Assembly: GCA_963828495.1 (NCBI GenBank)
Contig: CAWHFJ010000017.1
Coordinates: forward strand, 20,342-84,341
Direction: 5' to 3'
Origin: Candidatus Omnitrophota bacterium
GTDB lineage: Bacteria > Omnitrophota > Gorgyraeia > Zapsychrales > Fredricksoniimonadaceae
Length of the DNA: 64,000 bases
Below the pieces are notes generated by a model. The model ran no database searches, was not told the origin of the DNA, and saw only the letters and a list, made by a program, of their open reading frames with translations. The position numbers and the translations under genes are program-made. Each line of letters opens with the position of its first letter. Position 1 is the first letter of the stretch. Shown here one piece after another: positions 15,589 through 25,693 of the stretch.

Positions 15589-16796
15589 TGAAATACATTA
15601 TTCTTGTTCCGGATGGGTTGGCTGATGAGCCTTTAAAAGAATTAGGCGGGAAGACTCCTATGGAGGCGGCCAATACGCCTCATATGGATTATTTGGCAGA
15701 GCATGGTTTGTCTGCTTTGGTACAGACCATTCCTGATTCTCTACCGCCGGGCTCGGACATCGGTAATTTAGCTTTACTGGGTTATGACCCTAGAGAAAAT
15801 TTTTCAGGCCGGGCACCTTTGGAAGCGGCTAGTTTAGGGGTCAGGCTTGACGATGATGAGGTGGCGTTTCGCTGCAACCTGGTGACTGTTAAAGGCGGCA
15901 CTATGGTGGATTACAGCGCCGGGCATATATCATCGGATGAGGGCCAAAATCTTATTGAATATCTTCAGCGTGCGATTGATTGGCCGGATGTGCGTTTTTA
16001 TCCCGGCAAAAGTTATCGTCATTTGATGGTGCTGAAAACCATCAATATCGCCAACACCCTTCAGATCAAAACAACGCCGCCTCATGATATCATGGGACAA
16101 TCGATGAAAGCGTATTTACCTGTGGGGCCTCAAAGTGATCTTTTGTTAAAGCTCATTGGAAAATCTGAAAAACTTTTAGGGTCGCACCCGATCAATAAAT
16201 TACGCGAAACCGAAGGGCATAATCCGGCCAATATGATTTGGCTGTGGGGTCAGGGAGGCCATCCTAATCTGCCTTTATTTAAAGATCGTTATCATCTCAA
16301 AGGATCGATCATTTCGGCGGTGGATTTGGTCAATGGGATAGGCCGTTTGGCCGGTTTAGATATCATTGACGTTCCCGGCGCCAACGGCTATTACGACACC
16401 AATTATAAAGGTAAGGCCCAGTACGCGTTGAATTCTTTAAAAAAGCACGACTTTGTTTATGTCCATGTGGAAGCCACCGATGAGGCCGGTCACAATGGGG
16501 ATTGGAAAGCCAAAACAGCATGCTGTGAACGTTTCGACAAAGAAGTCGTCGGCACTGTCTTGGAATTTTTTAAAAACCCTCAAGGTGTCAGGATATTAGT
16601 TTGCCCTGATCATCCCACCCCGGTGTCTTTGCGTACGCATACGCGCACGCCGGTACCTTTTGTGATGTGGGGGGAAGGCATTCCCAGAGGTGAGGTTAAA
16701 AAATATTCAGAAAAAACGGCGTCCACGGCCGGTTGTAAATTTACAAGCGGTGAAGAGATGGTTAAATATTTTTTAAAGAAAGAGAGCACGAAATAG
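15585..16796 (+). CDS. Cofactor-independent phosphoglycerate mutase family (ApgM-like); in a threonine-operon context this is the proposed alternative homoserine kinase
   Basis: ILVPDGLADEP...KTPMEAANTPHMD and VHVEATDEAGH metalloenzyme motifs. Located between thrC/coaB and lysC. Confidence 0.75.
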   Translation: MMKYIILVPDGLADEPLKELGGKTPMEAANTPHMDYLAEHGLSALVQTIPDSLPPGSDIGNLALLGYDPRENFSGRAPLEAASLGVRLDDDEVAFRCNLVTVKGGTMVDYSAGHISSDEGQNLIEYLQRAIDWPDVRFYPGKSYRHLMVLKTINIANTLQIKTTPPHDIMGQSMKAYLPVGPQSDLLLKLIGKSEKLLGSHPINKLRETEGHNPANMIWLWGQGGHPNLPLFKDRYHLKGSIISAVDLVNGIGRLAGLDIIDVPGANGYYDTNYKGKAQYALNSLKKHDFVYVHVEATDEAGHNGDWKAKTACCERFDKEVVGTVLEFFKNPQGVRILVCPDHPTPVSLRTHTRTPVPFVMWGEGIPRGEVKKYSEKTASTAGCKFTSGEEMVKYFLKKESTK

Positions 16797-18020
16797 ATGG
16801 AAAAAGAAATCATTGTCCAAAAATTCGGCGGTTCTTCAGTGGCCAATATCGAGCGCATTAAGAATGTAGCCCAGCGGGTGGTTGCGTATAAGAACAAACA
16901 TACCGATATCGCGGTCGTGGTTTCCGCGCTGGGGGACACGACCGATGAACTGGAAGCGTTGGCCTTGCAATTAAGCCAGGACCCTCCGGAACGTGAAATG
17001 GACATGCTCTTGTCGACCGGTGAACAGATTTCCTGTGCGCTTCTGGCGATTGCCATCAAAGAGTTGGGTTACAACGCGGTGTCTTTTACCGGAAGTCAGG
17101 TCGGTATTAAGACGGATAGGACCCATACCAAAGCGCGTATTATCACCATCGACGGCAAGCGTATCAACAAAGCTTTCAGGGAAGATAAAATCGTGATTGT
17201 GGCGGGTTATCAGGGGGTAACAACTAATGATGAAATCACCACGTTAGGCCGCGGCGGATCGGACTTGACCGCCGTCGCATTGGCCAAAGCCTTGAAAGCC
17301 AAGGTGTGTGAAATTTATACTGATGTGGATGGTGTGTATACAACCGATCCGCGTATAGTCAAAGAAGCGCGCAAAATCAAAGCCATTACTTTTGATGAAA
17401 TGTTGGAATTGGCCTCTTTGGGCGCCCAGGTCATGCAGGCGCGTTCTATTGAAGTGGCCAAACGTTTTAATATCCCTTTACATGTCCGTTCAAGCTTCTC
17501 GAAGGAGGAAGGAACCATGATCGTTAAAGAAACCGAAAAAATGGAAGAAATTGCTGTTCGTGGAGTGACCTGTAATAAAAATGAGGCCAAGATCACCATC
17601 TGTTCCGTACCGGATAAGCCCGGTATCGCGGCCAAAATTTTTGAAGAAATTTCCAAACAGGGCATTAATGTGGACACGATTGTTCAGAATGTGCCTCATG
17701 ATAAATTGTCCGATATTTCTTTTACCGTCCCTAAGGGAGTTGTGAATAAAGCGATCAAGGCCACAACTGCCATCGGTCAAAAAATCGGTGCCGGCGAAGT
17801 TTTTGAAGATAAAAATATTGCCCGGGTCTCTATGGTGGGCTCCGGCATGCGTTCGCACAGCGGTATTGCCGCAAAAATGTTTAAGACCCTGGCCGATAAT
17901 CAAATCAATATTGAGATGATTTCTACGTCTGAAATTTCTGTTTCTTGTATTATCGCGCAGGATTCCGCCGATCGTGCGGTGAAGGCTTTGCATAAGGCGT
18001 TCAAATTGGAGCAGATATAA
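16797..18020 (+). CDS. lysC: Aspartate kinase
   Basis: VQKFGGSSV N-terminus, kinase core, and two C-terminal ACT domains. Confidence 0.9.
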   Translation: MEKEIIVQKFGGSSVANIERIKNVAQRVVAYKNKHTDIAVVVSALGDTTDELEALALQLSQDPPEREMDMLLSTGEQISCALLAIAIKELGYNAVSFTGSQVGIKTDRTHTKARIITIDGKRINKAFREDKIVIVAGYQGVTTNDEITTLGRGGSDLTAVALAKALKAKVCEIYTDVDGVYTTDPRIVKEARKIKAITFDEMLELASLGAQVMQARSIEVAKRFNIPLHVRSSFSKEEGTMIVKETEKMEEIAVRGVTCNKNEAKITICSVPDKPGIAAKIFEEISKQGINVDTIVQNVPHDKLSDISFTVPKGVVNKAIKATTAIGQKIGAGEVFEDKNIARVSMVGSGMRSHSGIAAKMFKTLADNQINIEMISTSEISVSCIIAQDSADRAVKALHKAFKLEQI

Positions 18021-19585
18021 TGTCTAAAATTATCATCTATGACACAACTCTCAGAGACGGTGCCCAGACCGAGGGGGTTTCTTATACCGTCAACGATAAA
18101 GTTAAAATCACGCACAAGCTGGATGAATTGGGTATTCATTACATTGAAGGCGGCTGGCCGGGCTCTAATCCCAAAGATAGAGAATATTTTGAGATCATGA
18201 AAACCCAAAAGCTTAAAAACGCCCAATTAACGGCATTCGGTTCTACCCGTCGGGCCAATACCAAGCCGGAAGATGACGTGAATCTTAAGGAATTAATCGC
18301 CAGCCAAACGCCGACGGTCACTATTTTCGGCAAGAGCTGGGATTTGCATGTGTTGGATGTTATCAAAACCACCTTGGACGAAAATTGTAAAATGATCCAG
18401 GAGTCCGTGGCTTTTTTAAAGAAAAATAAACGGCAAGTTTTTTATGATGCCGAACATTTTTTTGACGGCTACAAGCATAATGCCAAATATGCGTTAAAGA
18501 CCATCTTAGCGGCCCAAAACGCCGGCGCTGACTGTATTATTTTATGTGATACCAACGGGGGCTCTTTACCGGATGAAATTACTAAGATCGTCAAAGAGGT
18601 CAAAAGGAAAATTAAAAAGCCGTTGGGTATCCATACGCATAATGACCAGGGTGTGGCCGTGGCTAATGCACTTTCTGCCATTAATGCCGGATGTGTGCAG
18701 GTGCAAGGGACTTTTAACGGCTTGGGCGAGCGTTGCGGGAATGCGGATTTGTGCACGATCATAGCGATTCTGCATACAAAAATGAAGAAACAATCCATCC
18801 CTGAGCATAATATCAAGCTGTTAATGGACACAGCGTATTTTATCGGCGATGTCAGTAATTATACGTTGGCGGATAATCATCCCTTTATCGGGCATTCGGC
18901 TTTTGCCCATAAGGGAGGGGTCCATATTGATGCGATGCTTAAAAATCCGCTGGCCTATGAGCATGTGGCCCCTGATTCAGTCGGCAATCGTCGGCGTCTG
19001 TTGACCTCTGAGTTGGCCGGTAAAATGCCGATCATACTCAAAGCGCAGAAGATGAATATTGCTCTGGATAAAAATTCTCAGGTGGCTAAAGATATTATGA
19101 AAGAACTACAAGAGAAAGAATACCAGGGCTATCAATTTGAAGGCGCGGATGCTTCTTTTGAATTATTTATGAAACGCCGTTTGAAGTTGTATCAGCCTTT
19201 TTACCAGTTGGAAGGTTTTAAGGTGTTCACGGAGAAAAAAACGGATGGCTCTGTTATAGCTTCGGCGACCGTGAGGCTTAAGGTCAATGGTCACGATGAG
19301 ATGGCGACTATTGAAGGGCACGGGCCCGTTGAAGTTTTGGACCGTGCCTTGCGTACAGCGCTTAAGAAATTTTATCCCACCATCGCGGACATGCATTTAT
19401 CGGATTATAAAGTCCGTGTTTTGGATACTCAAGAGGGCACGGGGGCGCGTGTACGCGTATTGATTGAGTCCCGGGACCAGCACGGCAGTTGGACGACTGT
19501 GGGTGTGCACGAAAATGTCATTGAAGCCAGCTGGGAAGCCCTGGCGGACAGCATTGAGTATAAATTGTTGAAGGATAAGAAATAG
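18020..19585 (+). CDS. cimA: Citramalate synthase (LeuA-related)
   Basis: IYDTTLRDGAQTEGVSYTV and HTHNDQG motifs. The 521-aa length and C-terminal regulatory domain are typical of CimA. Confidence 0.8.
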   Translation: MSKIIIYDTTLRDGAQTEGVSYTVNDKVKITHKLDELGIHYIEGGWPGSNPKDREYFEIMKTQKLKNAQLTAFGSTRRANTKPEDDVNLKELIASQTPTVTIFGKSWDLHVLDVIKTTLDENCKMIQESVAFLKKNKRQVFYDAEHFFDGYKHNAKYALKTILAAQNAGADCIILCDTNGGSLPDEITKIVKEVKRKIKKPLGIHTHNDQGVAVANALSAINAGCVQVQGTFNGLGERCGNADLCTIIAILHTKMKKQSIPEHNIKLLMDTAYFIGDVSNYTLADNHPFIGHSAFAHKGGVHIDAMLKNPLAYEHVAPDSVGNRRRLLTSELAGKMPIILKAQKMNIALDKNSQVAKDIMKELQEKEYQGYQFEGADASFELFMKRRLKLYQPFYQLEGFKVFTEKKTDGSVIASATVRLKVNGHDEMATIEGHGPVEVLDRALRTALKKFYPTIADMHLSDYKVRVLDTQEGTGARVRVLIESRDQHGSWTTVGVHENVIEASWEALADSIEYKLLKDKK

Positions 19586-19642
19586 GGGACAGCGCCCTAT
19601 TTTTGCTTGTGTGGAAAATAGGGAGCAGCGCCCTATTTTTTT
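19580..19642 (+). terminator. Tandem pair of near-identical rho-independent terminators
   Basis: AAATAGGG-gacagcg-CCCTATTT (19580-19602) and AAAATAGGG-agcagcg-CCCTATTTT followed by a T-run (19615-19642). Confidence 0.7.
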
Positions 19643-19646
19643 AATT

Positions 19647-22279
19647 ATGGACCTATCTACAAAATATAATCCTCAAGAGACACAAGACAAGTGGCTGAAA
19701 TTTTGGAAAGATAAGAATATCTTTCACGCCAAAATCGATGTTCATCAGAAGCCATTTACCATTGTGATCCCGCCGCCGAATGTGACCGGTATTCTGCACA
19801 TGGGGCATGCGCTGAATAATGTTTTACAGGATATTATGGTCCGTTACAAACGTATGCATGGCGTCCCGACGCTTTGGATGCCGGGGACTGATCATGCGGG
19901 CATTGCTACCCAGAATGTGGTTGAGAAACAATTAGCCAAGGAAGGGAAATCCCGTCACGATATAGGCCGTGATGAATTTCTCAAACGTCTTTGGGCGTGG
20001 AAGAAGCAGTATGGGGACACGATCATTCATCAATTGGAAAAATTAGGTTCTTCCTGCGACTGGTCACGCACGCGTTTTACCATGGATGATGAGTACAGTG
20101 ATGCCGTCAATGAAGCGTTCATATTATTATACAATAAAGGTTTGATTTATAAGGGAGAGCGCATTATCAACTGGTGTCCGCGTTGCCAGACCGCGCTGTC
20201 AGATGAAGAGGCGGAACATAAAGAGAAAAATGGCAAGCTTTACCATATCAAATATCCTTTTAAAGATGAGCCTCATTATTTTATCATTGTCGCGACCACC
20301 CGTCCTGAGACGATGTTAGGCGATACAGCCGTTGCCGTTAATCCCCAAGATCCTCGCTATAGTCAATTTATCGGCCGGACACTTATTCTTCCTTTAATGA
20401 ATCGTGAAATCAAGATCATCGCAGATGAACTTGTGGCTGTGGATTTTGGTACGGGAGCGGTGAAGGTAACTCCGGCGCATGATCCTAATGACTTTACGAT
20501 GGGTCAACGCCATCTTCTGCCTGTGATTAACGTTATGCATCCGGATGCTAAAATCAACGAGCAGGGAGGTCCCTATAACGGTATGGATCGCTGGGACGCC
20601 CGCAAACGGATTTTGGCTGATTTAGAAGCTCTCGGATTACTTGAAAAAGTTGAAGACCATAAAAACGCGGTGGGTCATTGTTATCGCTGCGATACAGTGG
20701 TAGAACCTTATTTATCCAAACAATGGTTTGTAACAATGAAACCATTGGCTAAACCAGCTCTTGAAGCTGTGCAAAAAGGTAAAATTAAGATTCATCCGGC
20801 CCATTGGACCAAGGTTTATAACAATTGGATGGAAGATATTCACGATTGGTGCATTTCCCGTCAGATATGGTGGGGGCATCGTATTCCTGTGTGGTACGAC
20901 AAGGATGGCAATTGTTTTGTAGGAAAATCTGAGGCAGAAGTCAAGGCCCAGGCAAAAATCAAGCATGGCAAGTCGGTGAAACTCAAGCAAGATGAGGATG
21001 TGTTAGACACCTGGTTTTCTTCATGGCTTTGGCCTTTTGCCACTTTAGGGTGGCCTCAAAATAACGCGGATTTGAAATATTTTTATCCCACCAATACGTT
21101 GATGACGGCTTCTGAAATTTTATTCTTCTGGGTGGCGCGTATGATTATGGCAGGGTATGAATTTATGGGGGATAAGCCTTTTTCCGATGTGTTTATTCAT
21201 GGCACGGTGCGTGATGCTAAAGGACGCAAAATGTCAAAATCTTTAGGTAATGCCATTGATCCTTTGGAAATCATTGATGAATATGGGGCCGATGCCCTGC
21301 GTTTTAGCCTGATTGTCAATTCAGGGCAGGATATTTTTATTTCCAAAGAAAAATTTGAAATCGGACGTAATTTTGCCAATAAAATCTGGAATGCTTCGCG
21401 GCTGGTTTTTATGAATTGTGCGGACAGCCTATCCAAAGGGGATTATGAAAATTTAAGCCTCAATGAGCTCGATTTGCCTTCCCGTTGGATATTAGCCCAA
21501 TTTTACGATACTTTGGAAAAAGTCGGCTTGGCTATTGAGCAATTCCGTTATTCCGAGGCTGAAATTTTGATCCAGGACTTTTTCTGGGGGAATTATTGTG
21601 ATTGGTATTTGGAGTTGAGCAAAGCTAAATTTAATGACGTTCCTATTCAAAAAATCGCTCTTTTTATTCTCAAAAATTCTTTAAAAATGATGCATCCGTT
21701 CATACCGTTTGTGACAGAAGAAATTTATAGCAAAATGAATTCTCAGGATGAATGTCTGTCATTAGCCCAATGGCCGAAACATCAGAAAAAATTAATTGAT
21801 AATGAGGCGTCCGGGCAAATGCAGACAATTATTGATAGTGTTTGCGCTATTCGTAATATACGTACTCAATGGGGGATAAAGCCAAGACCAGCAGATTACG
21901 GTAGAAATACTGCCTCAAGATAAAGCGCAATGAAAAATTATTTAAAACTAACAGTGCCTATATTACGCATTTAGTTAAAGTGGCTTTAAGTATTAATGCT
22001 GAAGTCGCGACATCTGAAGATGCGGCGATTGCTTTAATCGGTACAACCAAGATTGTTGTGCCGTTAAAAGGGATTATTGATCTTGAAGTGGAAAAGAAGC
22101 GTAAGAGGGAAGAAATAGCTCAAAAACAAAAATCTGTGGAAAGTTTGCAAGCACGTTTGAATAACGAAGCGTTTGTCAGCAAAGCGCCTGAAGAAGTCAT
22201 CGCCAAAGAAAAAGAACGCTTGAATTCGTTAAGTCAAGAAGTCGCCGAACTTAAAAGTGTTTTATCTAATTTATCATGA
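19647..22279 (+). pseudogene. valS: Valyl-tRNA synthetase, with at least 2 frame changes between ~21880 and 21980
   Basis: PPPNVTGILHMGHA (HIGH) and KMSKSLGN (KMSKS). The C-terminal coiled coil (21980-22279) is in a different frame. QITVEILPQDKAQ is readable in the third frame. Confidence 0.85.
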
Positions 22280-23123
22280 AACCAGCATACATAAAAACAA
22301 TTGTTCATTTAGCCTTAGGTGAAGATATCGGCAAAGGGGACATTACAACCGATTTTTTAGTTCCTTCTCATGCCCATGCGCGTGCGCGTCTGGTTGCCCG
22401 TGCCGATGGCATTATCTGCGGTATTGATCTTGCCCGTGAAGTCTTTAAGACGTTGAATGCCAAAATTTGTTTCCGTGCCTTCATTCAAGACGGCCAGCGC
22501 GTGGCAAGAATGATGTGATTGCGGAAATTTCCGGTTCGGCCAGGGCTTTACTTTCGGGAGAGCGTGTCGCCATCAACCTATTGTCATTTTTATCAGGCAT
22601 TGCCACCCAAACCAGACGTTACGTGGATCAAGTGAAACCCTATAAAGTGGATATTATGGATACCCGCAAAACGACCCCTTTATTGCGTCAAATGGAACGT
22701 TACGCGGTACGCTGCGGCGGCGGTGTCAATCACCGGTTTAATCTCAATTATATGGTCATGATCAAGGACAATCATCTGATCTTTTGCCGTGGGCGGTCCA
22801 CGATTGAGATGATTAACGCTTTTAAGAAAAAATTTAATATACAACTTGAAGTTGAAGTGGACAATCTCAGCCAATTAAAAGAAATGCTCACCTCCAAGGC
22901 GGATATTATTTTGTTAGATAATATGACCCCCCAACAAATCAGGCAAGCGGTGAGATTGCGTAACAAAGCTAAAAGCCGCATTTTGCTGGAGGCTTCCGGC
23001 GGCATCACATTAAAAAATATCAGAAAGTACGCGGCCACCGGAGTTGAGCGTATTTCCGTAGGGGCCTTGACACATACGCGGCAAGTTTTGGATATTTCCA
23101 TGGAGTTTATACCCATTCCATGA
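22276..23123 (+). pseudogene. nadC: Nicotinate-nucleotide pyrophosphorylase (quinolinate phosphoribosyltransferase), frameshift near 22500
   Basis: LSGERVAINLLSFLSGIATQT and MIKDNH motifs. The N- and C-terminal parts are in different frames (GTGGCAAG where GTGGGCAAG is expected). Confidence 0.8.
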
Positions 23124-23566
23124 AAAAACATTATTTCTTAATAATTTTTTTTACATTAATATGGGCCCATCCTTTATGGGCCCAGCAAAAAGAAGACATT
23201 GATGAAGCCGACATAGCTTCCGGAGCTATTTTTGATGACAAGGCCCTGCTGGCAGGCTATGCCCAAAAATACGCGGATGAATCCAGGGACATTTTACTGG
23301 CCATGATCGCGGATGATTCACTGGGGACTTATAAATGTGCGGCCGCGGTGCGGGTGTTTAAAGAGAAATATGCCAATCAGGTTTTAAGCCGGGAAAAAGC
23401 CAATATTATTAGGATTTTAATCCGCCGTCTCAACCGCAGTGATTCTCCGTTTGTTCAGGTGGAGATCATGCATACGCTGGTGGTTTTGGACCGTTACCAG
23501 TATTTTGAAAGCATGGTCCCTGCTTTAATTCTGAAAGATGGACCATTACAATTCCGTGGTCAGTGA
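23120..23566 (+). CDS. Secreted hypothetical protein (signal peptide)
   Basis: MKKHYFLIIFFTLIWAHPLWAQQ signal peptide. It may continue into 23563-23802 through another frameshift. Confidence 0.4.
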   Translation: MKKHYFLIIFFTLIWAHPLWAQQKEDIDEADIASGAIFDDKALLAGYAQKYADESRDILLAMIADDSLGTYKCAAAVRVFKEKYANQVLSREKANIIRILIRRLNRSDSPFVQVEIMHTLVVLDRYQYFESMVPALILKDGPLQFRGQ

Positions 23567-23802
23567 CATGGCTTATGAAAGATGTGCAAACAATCATTAA
23601 AGACAGCTTGTATCCCAGAGAAGCGAGGATCGTATTCGATACCCTGCGCAAAATACTTTTTTTGTCCCGTAAGCGTTTGGGGAATATCACCGTCCCTAAT
23701 AAAAGATTGAAACAAAAATTGGAATTATTGCGCTGGTCCATCAGGATTTTAGGTACCCAGGAACTCAAACGCCTTCCATCGGAAGTCATTAATTTGTTAT
23801 AA
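23563..23802 (+). CDS. Hypothetical protein (possibly the C-terminal part of the previous gene)
   Basis: ORF only. No recognisable motif. Confidence 0.25.
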   Translation: MTWLMKDVQTIIKDSLYPREARIVFDTLRKILFLSRKRLGNITVPNKRLKQKLELLRWSIRILGTQELKRLPSEVINLL

Positions 23803-23823
23803 TTTTTGTTGAGGCGGGTCATC

Positions 23824-25693
23824 ATGAAGAATAATTCCCGTCATTGGTATCTTTGGGTATTCATCGCTATCCTATTATGCGGGTTTGCGCTGTATATCCC
23901 TTCCTTACACAGCAGGACTTTTTATTTTGATGATTATTTTTCCATTCAAAATAATGAAGTCATTAAGAAAATTGATATACCGAGAATTTTTAATGCTTTT
24001 AACACCAGATCTTTGGTGGGTTTAAGTTTTGCGTTAAATTACAGGTGGTGCGGCTTACATCCTGCCGGTTATCGATTAATCAATCTCCTGATCCATTGCT
24101 TTAATGCCTTCCTGGTTTATTGGCTGATAAAATCCACGTTGTATTTATATGCGGCACGAAAATCAGTATTTTTTTGCCGTTTGGAATGGCCCGCATTTTT
24201 TGCGTCGATGTTATTTTTATGCCATCCCATCCAAACAGAACCGGTTAATTTTATTACCCAGCGTTTTGTGTTGATGGGGACTTTTTTTTACCTGTTAACA
24301 TTGTGTTTTATACATTCAGTACAGATGTCAGATATCAAAAAAGATATCTGATCGCCAGTATGGCAGCGGCCATTGCCGCCATGTTTTGTAAAGAATTTGT
24401 GGTCACCTTGCCGTTAATGCTTGCTTTGTATGATTTTTATTTTTTAGATGCATTGGATGAACCATGGTGGAAGCGTTGCGCCGTTTATTACCATTTTTTA
24501 TCATAGCGCTTATTGTGCCTTTACTATTGTTAAGAACGCCCCGGAAGCGATAGGGGTTGCCGACATCGCAGATTCAATTTTATTCAAGCAAGCGACACCC
24601 AAATGTGAGAACCATATTGATATCACCAGGGCCCACGGCGGCATAGGCCGGAAACAATATTTTTTAACCGAATTAAATGTGGTGTGCACCTATGTCAGGC
24701 TGCTGTTTTTGCCGGTCAATCAGAATTTCGATTACGATTATCCTATATCATATCAAGTGGACAACAAGACAGTACTGTGCGGGGTATTTTTACTCTGCCT
24801 TTTAGCCCTGGCGGCAGTAACGTACAGGTCATACCGCATTATTTCATTTGGTATCCTGTGGTTTTTTATAGCTTTAAGTGTGGAATCGAGTTTTATTCCC
24901 ATCGGGCATGTCATAGCCGAATATCGTCTGTATTTGGCCAGCGTTGGTTTTGTTTTTTTGGTGATGACCTTGATTTATATGAGACAGGCGGATGTCAAGA
25001 AATTAAATATGATCGCGGCAGTCATTCTTATTGGTTTTTCAATTTTGACGTATCAAAGAAATAAAGTTTGGGAAAATGAAATTACTTTATGGAATGATGC
25101 TAGTTGAAAAATCTCCTCATAAAGCAAGTGCCTACAACAACCGGGGCTTTGTCTATTTCGAAGGAGGCAATTTGGCTCAAGCCATCGCTGACTCTACCAA
25201 GGCCATTGCCATAGACCCTCACTATGCAGGTGCCTATAACAGCCGCGGCTTTATGTACGACCAACAAGGTCATTTGACCATGGCCCTAGCTGACTATAAC
25301 AAGGCCATTGACATAGACCCTAATTATGCAGAGGCCTATAATAATCGGGGGAATACTTATTTTCGTTTAAATAATTTTTCTCAAGCTCTGGCTGACTACA
25401 CCAAGGCCATTGAAATCAATCCTAACTTGGCGCAGGCTTATAACAACCGCGGGCTTATTTATAAAAAACAAAATAACTTCACTCAAGCCATTGCTGACTA
25501 TACCAAGGCCATAGAAATAAACCCTGACTACGCAGATGCCTATAACAACCGCGGGAATGCCTATTGGCAGCAAAATAATTTGCCTCAAGCCATGGTTGAC
25601 TATACGAAGGCCATAGAAATAAATCCCGGGCATGTGCAGGCGCATATTAACCTCAAGAATGCTTATAGCCAACTACGCCAGGTTAGGCCCTAA
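23824..25693 (+). pseudogene. TMTC/PMT-like membrane glycosyltransferase with C-terminal TPR repeats, split into four frames
   Basis: Multi-TM N-terminal part (DDYFSIQNNE, HPIQTEPVNFI, DUF1736-like) followed by at least 5 TPR units (AYNNRG...A..DY.KAIEI.P). Frame changes near 24330, 24480 and 25100. Confidence 0.6.
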
